Source: Vermamoeba vermiformis
Lineage: Eukaryota
DNA: 64,000 bases
Direction of reading: 5' to 3'
Assembly (NCBI GenBank): GCA_045837725.1
Contig: JBEWZL010000056.1
Span: forward strand, 124,001-188,000
Shown: in pieces, positions 13,497 to 26,889 of the stretch
Layout of the letters: every line of letters starts with the position of its first letter
Numbering within the stretch: position 1 is the stretch's first letter
Made by a program: the position numbers and the translations under genes
The notes under the pieces: model-generated
The model's input: the letters and a program-made list of their open reading frames with translations, nothing else
Database searches by the model: none
What the model was told of the DNA's origin: nothing

Positions 13497-14521
13497 ATGG
13501 TAAGAGTAATCCCTATTAGAGTTTCATTGGTCGGGCAATTGGGTGATCTAATTATTTTGGTTAGGAGGAGCCCAAAAAAAGAAAATTAGAGGAGGAAAAT
13601 TATTGCTCTGTAAAGCGACAAAGGCAGGATATTCCCGGTATGCATTTCATTCTTTAAAATTAAAAAATAATTAATTTACTAGAATTAACGAAAAACCAAA
13701 TTTAGAGCTTCCTAGCGAGCTGTTAGTATTGATTATGAAGTCTCTATTAAATTCAGCCCGTTTCAATGCGAAAGCACGTTTGAAAAATGTCCGAACGATA
13801 TCGCGTTTGGGCACTGCTTGCAAGCACTACAGATCCGTAGAGAAGCAGTTCTGGGAACTAAATACACCAATCTCGCGTATTAGGAACTGGTCTCATGTGT
13901 CTCATATGCCTAAGAAGTATAGGGTAAGCAATACAAACGACGGGCGGTGGCGTAAAACCATTGACTCGCGAGTGACACGCACCATTTTCTCGTCCTTAAA
14001 TGAATAGAAAAGCTCAAAAGCATTATTATTAATTCTATAAATTAGTTTACGAATTATATTATTTTCATCCGAAGCCTTGGTTTATTAGGACTAACGAAAA
14101 TATTTTTCCGGAACAGGCCGATCCGAAGCAGATCTACTTGTACGAACACTTCAGCTGCATGCGGTGCGGCAAGAAAGCTATTACGGAAGAGTGCTGTCGA
14201 TGTCAGCGAGAAGTTTGTTACGAGTGCGAAGTGTCCGAACACAACTGCTCGCCCTCAAGTTCAACGACCTTTATCTGCCCTGACTGCCCATCAAAATACT
14301 GTTATTATTGTAATAAGGCTTTGTGCCGCCAATGCGACATTAAGTCATGCTTCATGTGTCCTAGGGCTGATCTGGGTTGCGTAGAATGTGTCGCGAAACA
14401 CGAGGACGAGGCGCATCCGGAAATCGATTACCAAACGGAGAAACAACTAAATGAAAATGGCTTGGCTAGAGCGCAAAGGGACTATTATGTAGAAAATTTG
14501 CGAAAATATTACTCTTTCTAA
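13497..14521 (+). CDS. NLS + F-box-like + Cys-rich (multiple CxxC) protein
   Basis: ATG|gtaag first exon; PKKRKL NLS; ELPSELLVLIMKSLL F-box-like motif; last exon has about eight CxxC pairs. Confidence 0.65.
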
Positions 14522-15084
14522 GGCTGTCTTTGTATCACCGCGTACTCGTTGTTGTAATTTTGCCGCTACTTTGCAGCAATTAAATTATGGCCATAATTGC
14601 CTTCCGTTATTTATTTTTACTATTCAATTGGTAAACAATATGCTAGTGTACGAGGATGAGCCATTCGGAGGTGAGTGGCGACTTAATCAAGGCGTTCAAA
14701 TACTTACTGACATCGGAATTTATTCTAATCAAATTACATGCGTAACTACGAAATTGGCAGCAATAAATAAACGATTATTAGGCAATTTTTCCTGCTTAAA
14801 TTAACCCTAAAACAGAAATCTGATGACAAACTGAATCTTGTTATGCAGCCTAATCAATCACGAGGAATATTAAAAACACCAAATAGCGTTCTGGGACCAA
14901 GGCAAGGCTACACAAGCTACTTTCACATATGACTTGAAACCTAAGCTAATTTGCACCTCAGTGAAACAATGCAAGAAAGAACAAAGCACTCTGTGAGTTT
15001 TACAAACATCCCACTGTCAAAGCTTACACCTACACCAAGTAACTCCACCTCTACATTGATTTTTCATTAACTTTTTTTTTGCAG

Positions 15085-17350
15085 GTGAGAGACTGGGAAA
15101 CACTCTAACAGATTGCACAATTACCCTTTTGACACTGTGGGGTCGAAACCATGCACGACGCCACTCAAGCAACTACATTGCTAGGTTACCTATTGTCTTT
15201 CAGCCTGGAATGACTCCCAGTTATATCAAGTTCATTATAGGTCTGCAAGTTCCTAGGTTTGAACACAACTCACTCACAGAAATGGAAAAAGCAAAATTTC
15301 ATTTCTTTTGTGACACTTTCCATGAACGTCCAATCCACATCATCAGTGACATTCTCAAGCCTCCTGAATCTGCAAGTGTTCTTATCTTTCAGTGGCCTGA
15401 CACCCACATGGAGAAACTATCTACTTTAATCAACACTTACAAGAACTCAGAACATTGCCTGATTCTTCTTGCAAAACCAATTGTGGGTTTGAGGTTGGCC
15501 AAAATACAAAGTTCTCTTGGTGTCAAACTTCAACCAATTAATTTACCAAGACTCCATGTCAAACCAGAGTAAGTCTTTGCTATCCAAGTAAGGTTTCATC
15601 TGATACTGATCTTTTTAGTCTTGGTTTGCATTATGATTATTTGTCACAATTCAAGCCAATTCAGTACAAACAATGTTATGGAATTCCTAAACTGCTGGAG
15701 AACAATGCTAAACAAAGCCAAAACCACATAGATAATGCACTGTTTAAAGAATTGGCTCTTTGGAGACTTGAGGAATACAAACCTTTCATCAGCTACTGGC
15801 TGACTTTGTTTTACTATGCCCACGCTTCAATTCAGATCTACTCTCATACACTGTTAGTCATGAATCCTTACACTACAGCTTTTGATGCTGCCCTTGCACT
15901 TGGATTTGAACTGGTGGAGGCTGGTGCTATTTGAAAGAGCTCTGATGGCAGTGGTTCACAAACTTCAGAGACCCTGCCTGCTGAAAAGGTAATGTTTTAG
16001 AAATTAACAAGTAATCTAATTACAACTTGTAGACTCCACTTACAATTACAATCTCCCCTGGAAACAAAGCCAGCCAGCACCTACCTCCCTTTAAACAGTT
16101 TCACCCCTATGCAGTAGTTTGCCTTGATCCTCTGAAAACTCTGTTTGCAGCTGAAAATCCACCTTTCGACTACTTTACACTGGTCCGTAAAGATAGCCTG
16201 AAATGGTATGAAGCAGAAAAAGCGGTAGCACGTGCCATGGCCAGTTACTCAGAAGAAGTTGGAGCAATGACGTTTGGAGACAGATTTTGCTTTCTCAACA
16301 AGTCATTTATCAAAAATCATGAATCGAAAATAGAATTGACTCCACAAGTGCTTCCAAAAGTTACTAGCAAGGGAAAAGCACTTGACATGAAAAGTCTTGA
16401 TGCATGGACACAATCAAACAGGCTCAGTCCTCCACAACCAAAAATGCTCAAATCAGAATGGCCTAAATTACTTGAAGAAGTGAAGTTAAACCAGACCATG
16501 TTGAATGTTGAGGCATCAAAAGCTCCCGATTACATCGTTTTGGTGGATGAAACACATTTGCTGTGCTTTCAAGTTAAAACTGGCATGCAAGATCCAACAA
16601 CAACAATTTGAAAAATGAAGTTGCGAAGAGTCCCCACCTAGATATGGATTCAAATGGAAAGGCAAGAAAGCCTCCCTTTAATAATAATCTTATTAATCAA
16701 ATTGAATTAGATCACCAAGCACAAAGCTAACATTTTTATTACATTTGTGTTTGTTGCCTTCAATCACAACATGTTGAAGCATCAGCTCAAGGAATGCATC
16801 TCAGAACCAAGTGATGACAATAGTGAAGAGGAACAGGCAATATTCTTCCACAAAGAATACATCCATATTCTACCTGGTTGGGAAGCACTTAAGTTGCCTG
16901 ACAAAGTTGAGATCATCATTCTTCGCCAACCTGGCCTTCAATCTCTCTTTGGAGCTGAGGGCTATGACACTCTTGCAACTGCAGCCGTGGATATGAAGGC
17001 TCTCCAAAATGAAGCGGCAATTCGTATGCATAAACACAACTACGATCACAGTCTTAACACGTTTATAACTTACTAGGTCAACAAATGTTAACTTTGCCAA
17101 GCAACACTAACCTTGACAAGACAAGCACCTTCGAGGAGCTCAAAGAAAAAGTCCAACAGTTCTTGTTGTAAGTCAACTTTATTAGTGAATAACTAAGCAC
17201 TAATATCTCTTTAGACAAGTAAGCAAGGTACCTAACGGCAAAGAGATCTTGAAGCAAGAGTTGAAAGCCATTCTGAAGGAGGAACCGCCAAACAACAATA
17301 AGAAAGAGAAGCAGAAAAAAAGCAAGACGAAAATTAAGACAAAAAACTAA
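15085..17350 (+). pseudogene. Disrupted Crinkler/RHS-type NTPase + restriction-endonuclease-fold gene; 5' end uncertain (about 14930)
   Basis: Short introns splice in frame (15570-15618, 15989-16032, about 17024-17076, about 17168-17213); YGIPKLL (GxP[RK]) motif; APDYIVL..LCFQVKTG..EVAK PD-(D/E/Q)xK motif; in-frame TGA at 15932-15934; frameshift near 16608; strong CpG depletion. Confidence 0.6.
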
Positions 17351-17512
17351 GGACAGAAACTTTCTGCTTAGTCTCTATTATGATAGTAAAGTGTAGTTTT
17401 CTGTAAATAAAATGTAGATTAATCCATTTGACTGCTTTACTTGAGGCAAAATAAAAATTTGTTAGATCTGTTTTATGCTTAAAGTTGGGTTTTATTTACA
17501 ATTTAGATCACA

Positions 17513-20500
17513 CTAAAACTTGTCGTTATCAGTGTACTCCCATGAATAAGCCTTAGAAGATCGCTTGTTAGTCTTGACGTGATATTCTGATGCTTTTAAC
17601 GGCAACGGATCTGTTTTCCAATAATCTTCGACAAAGCTATAAAACAACGGATCTATCTTCTTAGTCACGTCTTCTGTTGGTTCTACATGTGGATAGCCTC
17701 CTTTGGAGCCTAGTCCTTTATATCTTGGCACTCCATGAATTGTCTCGCTGCATGAAAATAACGTTAAAACGGATCGAACGGATCACCAAAAAAAATTTAC
17801 TCGAATTAATGCAATATGCCTACCTTATTCTTATAGCAGCTATAGTTACATCATCAGGGTGTGTCTTATTCTCTTTGTGACTAGAGAATAATAAGTTAAA
17901 TTAATAATTGTTTTTTTTTCGAGTTTGTTGTAAGCCCACGAATACTTAGTATTATAAGACTGAATATAATTAAATGCGTACCAACAATACGAATGAATCA
18001 TCAGCTCTCTGCACCAGTTTTCAAATGCTTTGTGTGCATCCATGTTCTTTTCGTGGAACGGCAATTCCAACGCGATCGGATCTTGTGGCTGATTGGGCTC
18101 ACTTCTTAATTCGGGGAACGACTCCTATTAATTAATATATATAAGTATATATTTAGTACTAGGCCTATTAATACTCTTATATGTTGTACCTTCAAGCCGT
18201 CAGAGCATGCAATTAGTATGTCGCCTGGACTCATTTCGACAAAGCCTGGTTCGGGAATCTGCAAGCGTAATAATTAGGTCCTTATTCATTTATGTTTAAT
18301 AATAGTTTATGCTTAATAAATCGATTAAAAAATAAAGCACATCCGGATTTGAAAACCGTTACACGGGACAGAAATTTCAATAGTGTTGATAGTCTCAATG
18401 ATATTAAGAGTTGTACATGCATATCTACTTACGTGTCGTTCGCCTAAGCCAACAAACGGCAAAAATCGTGAAGTACCATTATCGCCGCAGATGCGCGTCC
18501 AGATCTTCGTTGGATGTGGCTGACTTTGCGTTCCACTCTTCGAATTATGTGTGCTCTTATTATTAGTGTTACTATTAGGACTTAAATAGCTGCTAGAAGG
18601 CGGCTGTTCAGTTTCAGTTTGAGATCGCTCGCGGCCGCCAGGAGTTGGTGGCGGGGCACTTTTACGCCAATGAGTTTCAGTTGTATTGGTGCTTATAGTC
18701 TTGTCGGGCTTAGTACTCGGTGTAGGACTGCTATGAGGTGGCGAATCTACTGGAGGATTAACTTTAATGGCTGTAGAATTAGATCCGCGGTGCAGGAGAT
18801 CTGTCTTACTTTTTCGGTGCACTAAAAATTTCCTCTTATCTTCGGAGCTTAATGACATTCTTGAAGGTAGTTCTGCCGAGTTACTAGTCTTATTACTATT
18901 CAAATCAACCTTTGGCTGAGTTCGGTTGTGATCCGCCGAATTGGTCAAAACGGATCTGCCTTTCTCGCCTTCCTTTGTTGTATTGTTATTAGTGTAACTA
19001 TTGCTCATGCGTCTGCCATCGACTTTGTTATTTTCTTCGACGTTGTTGACGACAATGGTGGTACTAATCGGAGCTGCTTCTTTTTTCTCATCCGGATGTG
19101 ATTTCGTTACGCTTGATCTTCTTTCGCCAGGCAGCTTAGGCGCATCACTATTCGATCTATTTCGAGTCAATGCAGTCACTGTCTCGTTGTAATCGACTCG
19201 TGGTGACGAGGGTACTGATTGCGGCATGCCGCTGTGAGGCTCAGAGACTAAATATAGCTCTGAATCTCCCATACCGAGATACACGACACCCCATCGAGTA
19301 CCTAACAATACATATTAATTGTTGTACTTAACTAAGTGAATCGAGTCAATTATCGAAATTGCTCCAACAAATTGAAATTTTTTGTAACGAGATTTCCTTT
19401 TATGGAAAGTGAATTTCGTTTTGAAATAAATTTGATAAATTAATTAACGCGTTAATTTCTGCGAAACTAGCGTCCAAGGCGCTGATTTTGGGCTCGTTAC
19501 GTTACCTCCGCCTAACTCGGTCTCGAGCGGCAACACAGCAGCAATCATCTACGAATATTTAGCTATCAGTACTGGCACTATTACCCCTATACTGCACTAT
19601 TATTTAATACGTACTAAGGTTGTTGCGCCTCCTTGCTCGGCAATCGCTAATGCCTCACCATTAATTGGGTTCCTGTACGCGGTACAAAGATTAATTTAGG
19701 ATCGATGGATAATGTATATATGCTATTGCATAATACGATAATGTTTGGCCTACTAAGCCTTCCTTTTAGCTCGCGCGTACTGAGCAGATCTGCATCGATT
19801 TTTGGCGCGCTTATTATTTTGAATAGTGCATAGTTAACGTACCTAGCGTTAATAAGCGCATCATTGACCTCAAGGACTGCTTTTTTCAGCCTCTTTTTGA
19901 CCTCGTTGACGGACAGCGTTCTGTTACGTCGCTCGAGTGACTGTTGCATGTACATGACGAGCTCATTGGCTGCTAATCTCGCTGAAATCTCACTCCAGTA
20001 TTGCTATATATTAAATTTATAAGTACTACTATAAGTATAATTATTTGCTAAATTTCTTTTGAAGCGGCGTACGATCCAAAAATACTCGTAATTCTCTCAA
20101 TATAGAATACGGTCGTGCATGACTGTAAGAATAATATTGTAATGATACTTACGAGGCCACAGCCGTCAGCAATAGCAATTACTGCGATCTCAGGAGTGAC
20201 AACACAAACACGACCAAAATCTCGATTGAGACCTTGTCGTTTTGGATCTAATTCGCTGCCCTGTGCGTTCTTAAATATTTGGGTGTATGTTATGCCTATA
20301 TAAGGTCAATTAGTAATTAAGGTTAATTAATTGCAATATTGACAGATCTGATCTCGTCGTAAATTGCTTTCTTTTCGCTCGATTACCGCGCTGATATTGA
20401 AAATAATAATAATTTGATTGAATATAACGGATATTTTATAAATCATAAGGATTAAAATTGTAAAACGGTTATAAAAATCTACAACTATTGATGGTCATAG

Positions 20501-20829
20501 CTGTGCCCGATAAAAATAAGAAAAATCGAGATATGAACGCATATATAATTATTATATGTAAAAAATTGGGCTTGTCCGATTCACGATTTAAATAAATTCA
20601 ATTACAAAATCTTTTATTCAAATAATTTAAAAATTCAATACTTACAGCAACCAACGAGTTCGAAGGCCTTATTTACAGATGCTTTTGGTCCCTTGATCCT
20701 CGGTGAAATATCGGGCTCGTCTGATTTCTCATCTGAATGGTTGGACTGATTCGTCGTAGATCTTTCAATATGCTTCTTTGAGAGATTTCTGGCCAGCGCC
20801 TTCTTAATCTTTTGACCAAAACTCTCCAT
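17513..20829 (-). CDS. PPM/PP2C-like protein phosphatase with long low-complexity insertion
   Basis: Spliced motifs NRDFG, VIAIADGCG, GGATTL, YLGMGDSELY, ILIACSDGL, HPDDVTIAAIRI. Confidence 0.8.
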
Positions 20830-20941
20830 ATTTTAATTATTATATACAAATTTATAACCGTCTCATTGCGTTGTGTTGAAAAATAGCGACGAAAATGCAA
20901 ATCCAGTTTATTTTAATTTGAGAACAGAGCACAACAATACG

Positions 20942-22125
20942 ATGCGTAGATTTAAATCAGGACTATACAAGATATCGCTAACATTGGCTAAGCAAATAAA
21001 AGACGACGCCACAGCGGACATCCAATTCGAAGGCGGTAAGATCCCGCTTAGGTCTTTATTTTAATTTAAATTATTTCCTTATTTATTTTTAATAATTATA
21101 ATTATTATTCAATTTTGCATATATAATCGTATTGCAAGCCAATTATGCGGGATACTAATACTTATTCTCATAGGAACCGTCGCTGGGCATGGTGACTCGA
21201 AGATTCTTGGGTCATTTAACATGGCAGGGTACGTAAAAATATTCAATATTAATTATTACTGTATTCAATGCACATATTGCTTTTAGCTGAATGGCTCGAT
21301 CTGATCTAATCTTATTTTTAGAACTTTCGTGAGTGGAGCTCCTTACAGCTTAGAAATCTCGCTCAACCTTAATAAAGGAGGATCTATTAAATTAGAAGGC
21401 TTTCATTCGAGTAGTGGCACTATGTTTGGTAAGAATTGACTGAATCTCAAATCTGAACTTGCTGACGTGTCCAAACACAAAAATTAGCATTTTTAACCAA
21501 TTTCACATCAATAGGAAGCTGTTCTGGGGACTATGGCGGTGGAAACTTCGAAATTGGGCCATTATCTGAATCAGAGCTGCTCAAAATTAAATCCGAACGC
21601 ATTCAAACTGATTTGGTTCAATTGCAAGCTATGGGCTTCTCCAAGTAAGTGCTTGTACCTCATTAATACAGTCAGCCTTTTTTAAGGGCTTTACAAATCC
21701 TTCGGAAATGTACTTGTCAGTAGTAATAGCGGTATTGATATTGTATCTTTATTAGAGAGCTGTGCGAGAAAGCATTGAACAAAACATCAACAGTGGACGA
21801 AGCACTTGATTGGCTGATGAACAACGCGCACCAAGACGAGTTTGAGTCTATTCCTGGCGGTACGTTACACCTGCCTCCATTAGTACTTTGAACAAGACGT
21901 TATTAATCAAAAATGTTACTATAGTCCATAGCGAGGCATCGGGTCCTAGTGCTGAACAAGTCCAACAATTAGTGGACATGGGATTTGACCGTGAAATTGC
22001 CATGAACGCTCTCGCGCTTTGTGTAAGTCGAATACGCAGTATAATGATGTCTATAATAGCTAATGTTATACGTTTAGAATAATAATTTCCAAGAAGCTAT
22101 TGATTGGATCGTACAAAATATGTAA
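20942..22125 (+). CDS. Protein with beta-rich N-terminal domain and two C-terminal UBA domains
   Basis: LVQLQAMGFSKELCEKAL..VDEALDWL and VQQLVDMGFDREIAMNAL..NNFQEAIDWI UBA motifs after splicing. Confidence 0.85.
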
Positions 22126-22236
22126 AAAATTAACGCGCAAGAAAAGCAAAGTTGTATAAAATAAACACTATCGATGTATCAATATTACGGTGCTATTGTT
22201 ATTATTTACATCTTATGTACAAAATATTTAACAGAT

Positions 22237-23188
22237 CTATTTGTTTAGTGGGCGCAGTGTTTTGTTGTCCATTACCACGCCTCTAATGACGTCAACTCCT
22301 TTCGTCTTTTCCAGCAATTTCTTCTTTTGCATCACTTTAATAGCCTCATCTAACTCGTTCTTAATCTCTCTGTGAAGAAAATAAGCAAATTGCAAGTTTG
22401 TAAAGTTGTCGGGTGCCCAATTGCACGCGATGGATCTGACTTACTCGTTGTCTGGACTAAGTTTCAATGCTTTGCTAAAAGAGTCAACGGCAAGCTCTAA
22501 CATAAAAATGTTAATAACACGCACGCTTTTATATACAAGCCCAGTGTCAATTTCGAAAAGTTAGTGACTTACCGATCTCGCCGAAGTTAAGTTGTGCATG
22601 GGCTAGAGTGGTCCAACCGTCAATATACGATGGATTAAGCTCAGTTGATTTAGTGGCCCATTGAATGGCTTGGAAATTCTTGTCTTGAAGCATTAGGACT
22701 AAGGGTTGGTTAGATCGAGGATTTTCGACAGATCATCAATGAGTATTGTTTTCAATTACTTATTATTGATGACGGATATTAGTATTATTGGTTATAATAT
22801 TACCTTGCGCTTTTAGTTCGTGCAACACGTAATTATCAGGTGTCAATTCTGAATGCGGCAAATATTATGATCTCTTCGTGCTTAATATTTTAAATAATAT
22901 TTAAAACTGTACCTAATGCCGCATTCCACTTTTCTATGGCTTCGTCATATTTTTCTGAATTTTTAAATTAATTACTGCTCAATTACTTCGTCTATAGAGG
23001 AATTTATTACCTTGTTCTGCGAGTGAATTTCCTAGATTTTTTAAAGCTTCTGATTGCGCTAATTTGTCTTCCTCGATCTCCTGCTTCGATTTTTTCTGAT
23101 CAGGTTCTTCATCCTCAAAACCCATAACGGCTATTTTCCTCTTTTTAATTGGTTCATTCTTCTTTTGAATTGAGAACGATAGACTCAT
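22237..23188 (-). CDS. TTC33: Tetratricopeptide repeat protein 33-like
   Basis: Spliced LKNLGNSLAEQEKYDEAIEKWNAALELTPDNYVLHELKAQVL..GWTTLAHAQLNFGEIELAVDSFSKALKLSP, the typical TTC33 TPR pattern. Confidence 0.75.
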
Positions 23189-23265
23189 GGTTTTTATTTG
23201 AAAATAAGCAGCACAAAAATAGCAACGTCAGAAACAGTCTTTTATTTCACGCAAACTCGAGTCCA

Positions 23266-24389
23266 ATGGGCAACACAACAGCCCAAACTATACAATTACC
23301 AAAGACAATCTATATTGGTCGTCATGGTGAACGAGCAGACGAAGCAGGCGAAAAGCACGATGGACATCCGCACGATCCGCCCTTAACCTCGGCTGGTTTA
23401 GAGCAGGCGCATAAAACCGGTAAATAATATTGTAATTTAATTATTTAATTATTTATTACCGCTTTTGAATCGCAACCGACAACGTGATTCAATCTTACAA
23501 TTTTCTGACCATCCTTTTTAAAACACATCTGCTTAGAGTAATAACGTTTACCATAAATATTTGGTTATTCTTGTAATTTAAATATATTTTAACGATAATT
23601 TAGGAGTATTCTTCAAAGACATAAAAATTGATCACGTGTTCGCGTCACCCTTTGCGCGCACAATGCAAACAGCACAGCAAATCTGCAAGCAATTAAATAT
23701 GAAAATGAAAGTTGAGGCGGCACTCTCAGAAGAATTTTTGATGGATTTGGATAATAGTCCTATACAGCCCTTCGAAAAACTTATCGAAAAGTATGAGCTC
23801 GCAGATCCGAATTATCTCACTACGTTCGACAAAGGTAAGATTTTAATACTATCCTATTAATAACTGATATATACAACGTTAATTATGAGCGATTTGTACG
23901 TATTAGAATATCTATAGACGTCAAGATTTATTTTTAAAGAAACTTAACGATTCTCTCACAACTTGATACTGATAATCAATTGTATGATATTTATTTACCT
24001 TATTAATTATGCGCATTGAATTAGATGGAATTATCCGATGGGGCATGCGAGTAGTCATCAGTAACGCACTTCAACAGATGCTGGAGCAGTGTTCTGGCAG
24101 CGAAACAATTATGCTAGTAACGCATCGTGTCTTATACGCATATCTATTCGATTATTTTGTGGTTGAAGGACGAGACGTCCTAAAGACAAGAGTACCTTAT
24201 TGTTCAATTACAAAATTGACTCTGGATTCGGAAAAAGCCAAACAGCCATTCGTTCCTGTTAAATCAACTACTAAAGATAAGAAAGTGGCCGTATTTTGCA
24301 AGAGATACGAACTAACTGAAATTTGTAATGCTAGTCATCTCGATCCAAACGACGAGCATAACAAAAATCATACTGTAATGAAGCTGTAA
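23266..24389 (+). CDS. Histidine phosphatase (phosphoglycerate mutase-like), probably N-myristoylated
   Basis: MGNTT start; IYIGRHGER, DPPLT..G..QA, ASPFARTMQTA, LVTH motifs. Confidence 0.85.
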
Positions 24390-24424
24390 ATAAAAAAAAT
24401 CCTACTTTAATATAATTTGCGATA

Positions 24425-26745
24425 TTAGTACATAAGCGCAACTAAACTTAGTAAAGAAAGTACAAAAAACGGAGATCGAGCTGCGGATCCACTTGTCTTG
24501 CCGATTGGTTGCGTAGTGGAAGGACTATTACTAGTAGGAGTATTATCGCTTACACCACGCAATTTGTTCCATTGGCTGTATGTCTCAGACTTGGTCTCGC
24601 CGTTCCAAGTTTTGAAGCCCATCGTACCAAAGACTTTGAACGACAGATCTCCCAGTATATCACCAAGTTGCGATCTGAAATATTGTACATATGGACACCT
24701 ATGATAATAAATTATATTAGAACGATAAATAAAGTAATTTCTAGAAATTTTTGGAATAACGTACCAGATGTCGTTGCCACAACTACCATTGTAACATGTA
24801 GTCATTACTTCAGCAGGCAATAAATCTCTCGAACTCCACCATACGACTATTTCAGCGCTAGAAGCAAGCTCGCCGATGCGTGCCATGTAAGCGGCTTGCG
24901 AGGATTCAGATCCTTGAATCCTAAATTTGATCATTAATACGAATGTCGAATACAAAATGGATATATATTGTAATCTATACCAAATTCTATTATAGGTCAA
25001 CTTACCAAGTTTGGCAGTTTCCGGATGCAACAACAATCGGATCCGAATTCCAGCCAGTCTCGGATATGATTAAAGTTTCGTTATTAAGCTTAGCTAAGCG
25101 AGTAAAGTAATCTGCTGGCAATTTACTAGCATCGTTTTGAGCCGCTCCTTGAGGATACGAAGAAAGAGCAAGTCGATCCCGCTTTAAACCTATAATATTA
25201 TGAAAGCAAATGAGTCCTTGCCCTCAATAGTCGTCTATTCTATATATAGTAATATACTTATAATAATATGATGCTACTTAAACAAACCTGAAAGCAGATC
25301 CCAAGTAGTTTGATTGTAACCTTCAAGCTGGTCGTCGTACAAATCGGTCAAAATGAACGAAGGGAATAATATGACTTCGTAGCCTAAATCAGCGGCAGCT
25401 TTCTTAGCATAATCATACGCCATCTATTGAAAATTAAGATCAGCTCCAGGGATCGAACATCACTTTGAAATTTATAGTAGAACTGTATCGATATAATCAA
25501 TATATAGCTTACATTATAGCCAATTACGGTTTCGTTCCAATGCAAGGTACCGCATTTCTTCAAGTAAGCGCTGATCTCCACTCCCATGCAGATGTACTTT
25601 GGTTTGAAGGTTTTAATGAGGTACTGAAGATAGACCGAGTACGCCTGTATATATTGACTGTAAAGCCACATATCGGGGCAATCAGCAAACCAGTTATCTG
25701 TCAGTTCCTACGATTCAAAAACTCGTTAACAAGATCCGATCGTATTAAAATCGTACTTACAATAGCTCCGTTCACTCCTAGCTCTGCTTTAGTCGAGAAA
25801 GTGCCTCGCGTCATGACTGTTCCAAGCATCAGTGGCTTTGAGTTGCGATAAGGTTCATAATCCTGCAAGAAATTTCAAATTAATTGCCCGCAGTAGTTGT
25901 TATTCGTTACATAAGAGAAATAAGATGTTAATCCTATTATTACTAGCACGTTAAATCCGTAATCAACTTCCGCGAAAATATTTTGCCATTGTGCCAAGCG
26001 TATATTTAATTATAATGTATACACAATTCGGCAATTTTGAAGAGAGGCTCGAAACAGTATTTCAAATCAACGTATTATCAATCGCTAGATTTATTACCAC
26101 GCGAAAAAGAGCTAATTCCAAATAAGGAAAAAATTGTCCGAGCTCGTAAATGAGATTGGAAATACGCATTGACGGGCCTAATTCCGACCCGCAATCCCGA
26201 ACATTACGACAGTGTAATATGCTCTATACTATGACGTACTTACCGCAGCAAATTGGTTCATGGCCTTGGTCCAGTTCCAATAGTCAAACGGCGTGGATGT
26301 CTCAGTAAACAAACTCCAAGGCACGCCATAATGTTCCAAATGGTAGTATATAACATCTACGTTCTATTAGGCAATATAATAGGTTAATATAATCGATCTT
26401 TAAATATGGGAATACGAAATCAACACGTGGACTCGTTTCTAATGAATAGATAAATATTATTAAATGTGCATATAATAAAGTGATTATAGCCAATAATATA
26501 TAGGCTTTGTTTGTAACGGCTGCGGAAGTTTTTGTAAGTTAATTAAAGATATTGTCGACAGCAATTACCTCCGCTAATTCATCGATAGTATAGCCATTAC
26601 CAAATAATCTGAACAGTGGTGTGTTGCCAGGAATTGTTTGGATGGACGTTGAAGAGTACAAAGGCGTTGCGCTGATCGACCCGATCAACATCTGGCACGT
26701 GCACACGACAAGCACCGTTGCTATACAATAATTCCGTATATTCAT
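24425..26745 (-). CDS. Secreted, probably GPI-anchored clan GH-A-like glycoside hydrolase
   Basis: Signal peptide MNIRNYCIATVLVVC; YICMGVEI (acid/base-like Glu), ALSSYP, IISETGW (nucleophile-like Glu), GSESSQAAY; Ser/Thr/Pro linker and hydrophobic C-terminus. Confidence 0.65.
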
Positions 26746-26889
26746 TAATAAATATTCCTACGGTAGTATTTTTAAAGCGGGCTGGTGCTCCAGATCTTCT
26801 TCTTCCCAAATCGAAAATAAATAAATTTTTGTGGCAAACAACAGAAGGCTACAAATTTAAGCCAAAATAGCACAAAAATTATACATACC

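Noticed and set aside
15932-16611. Two TGA codons in the same ATT-TGA-AA context, suggesting recoding or selenocysteine
   Set aside because: TGA is used as a normal stop elsewhere (HTH copy C), no SECIS was recognised, the second site needs a frameshift rather than readthrough, and CpG decay explains the first
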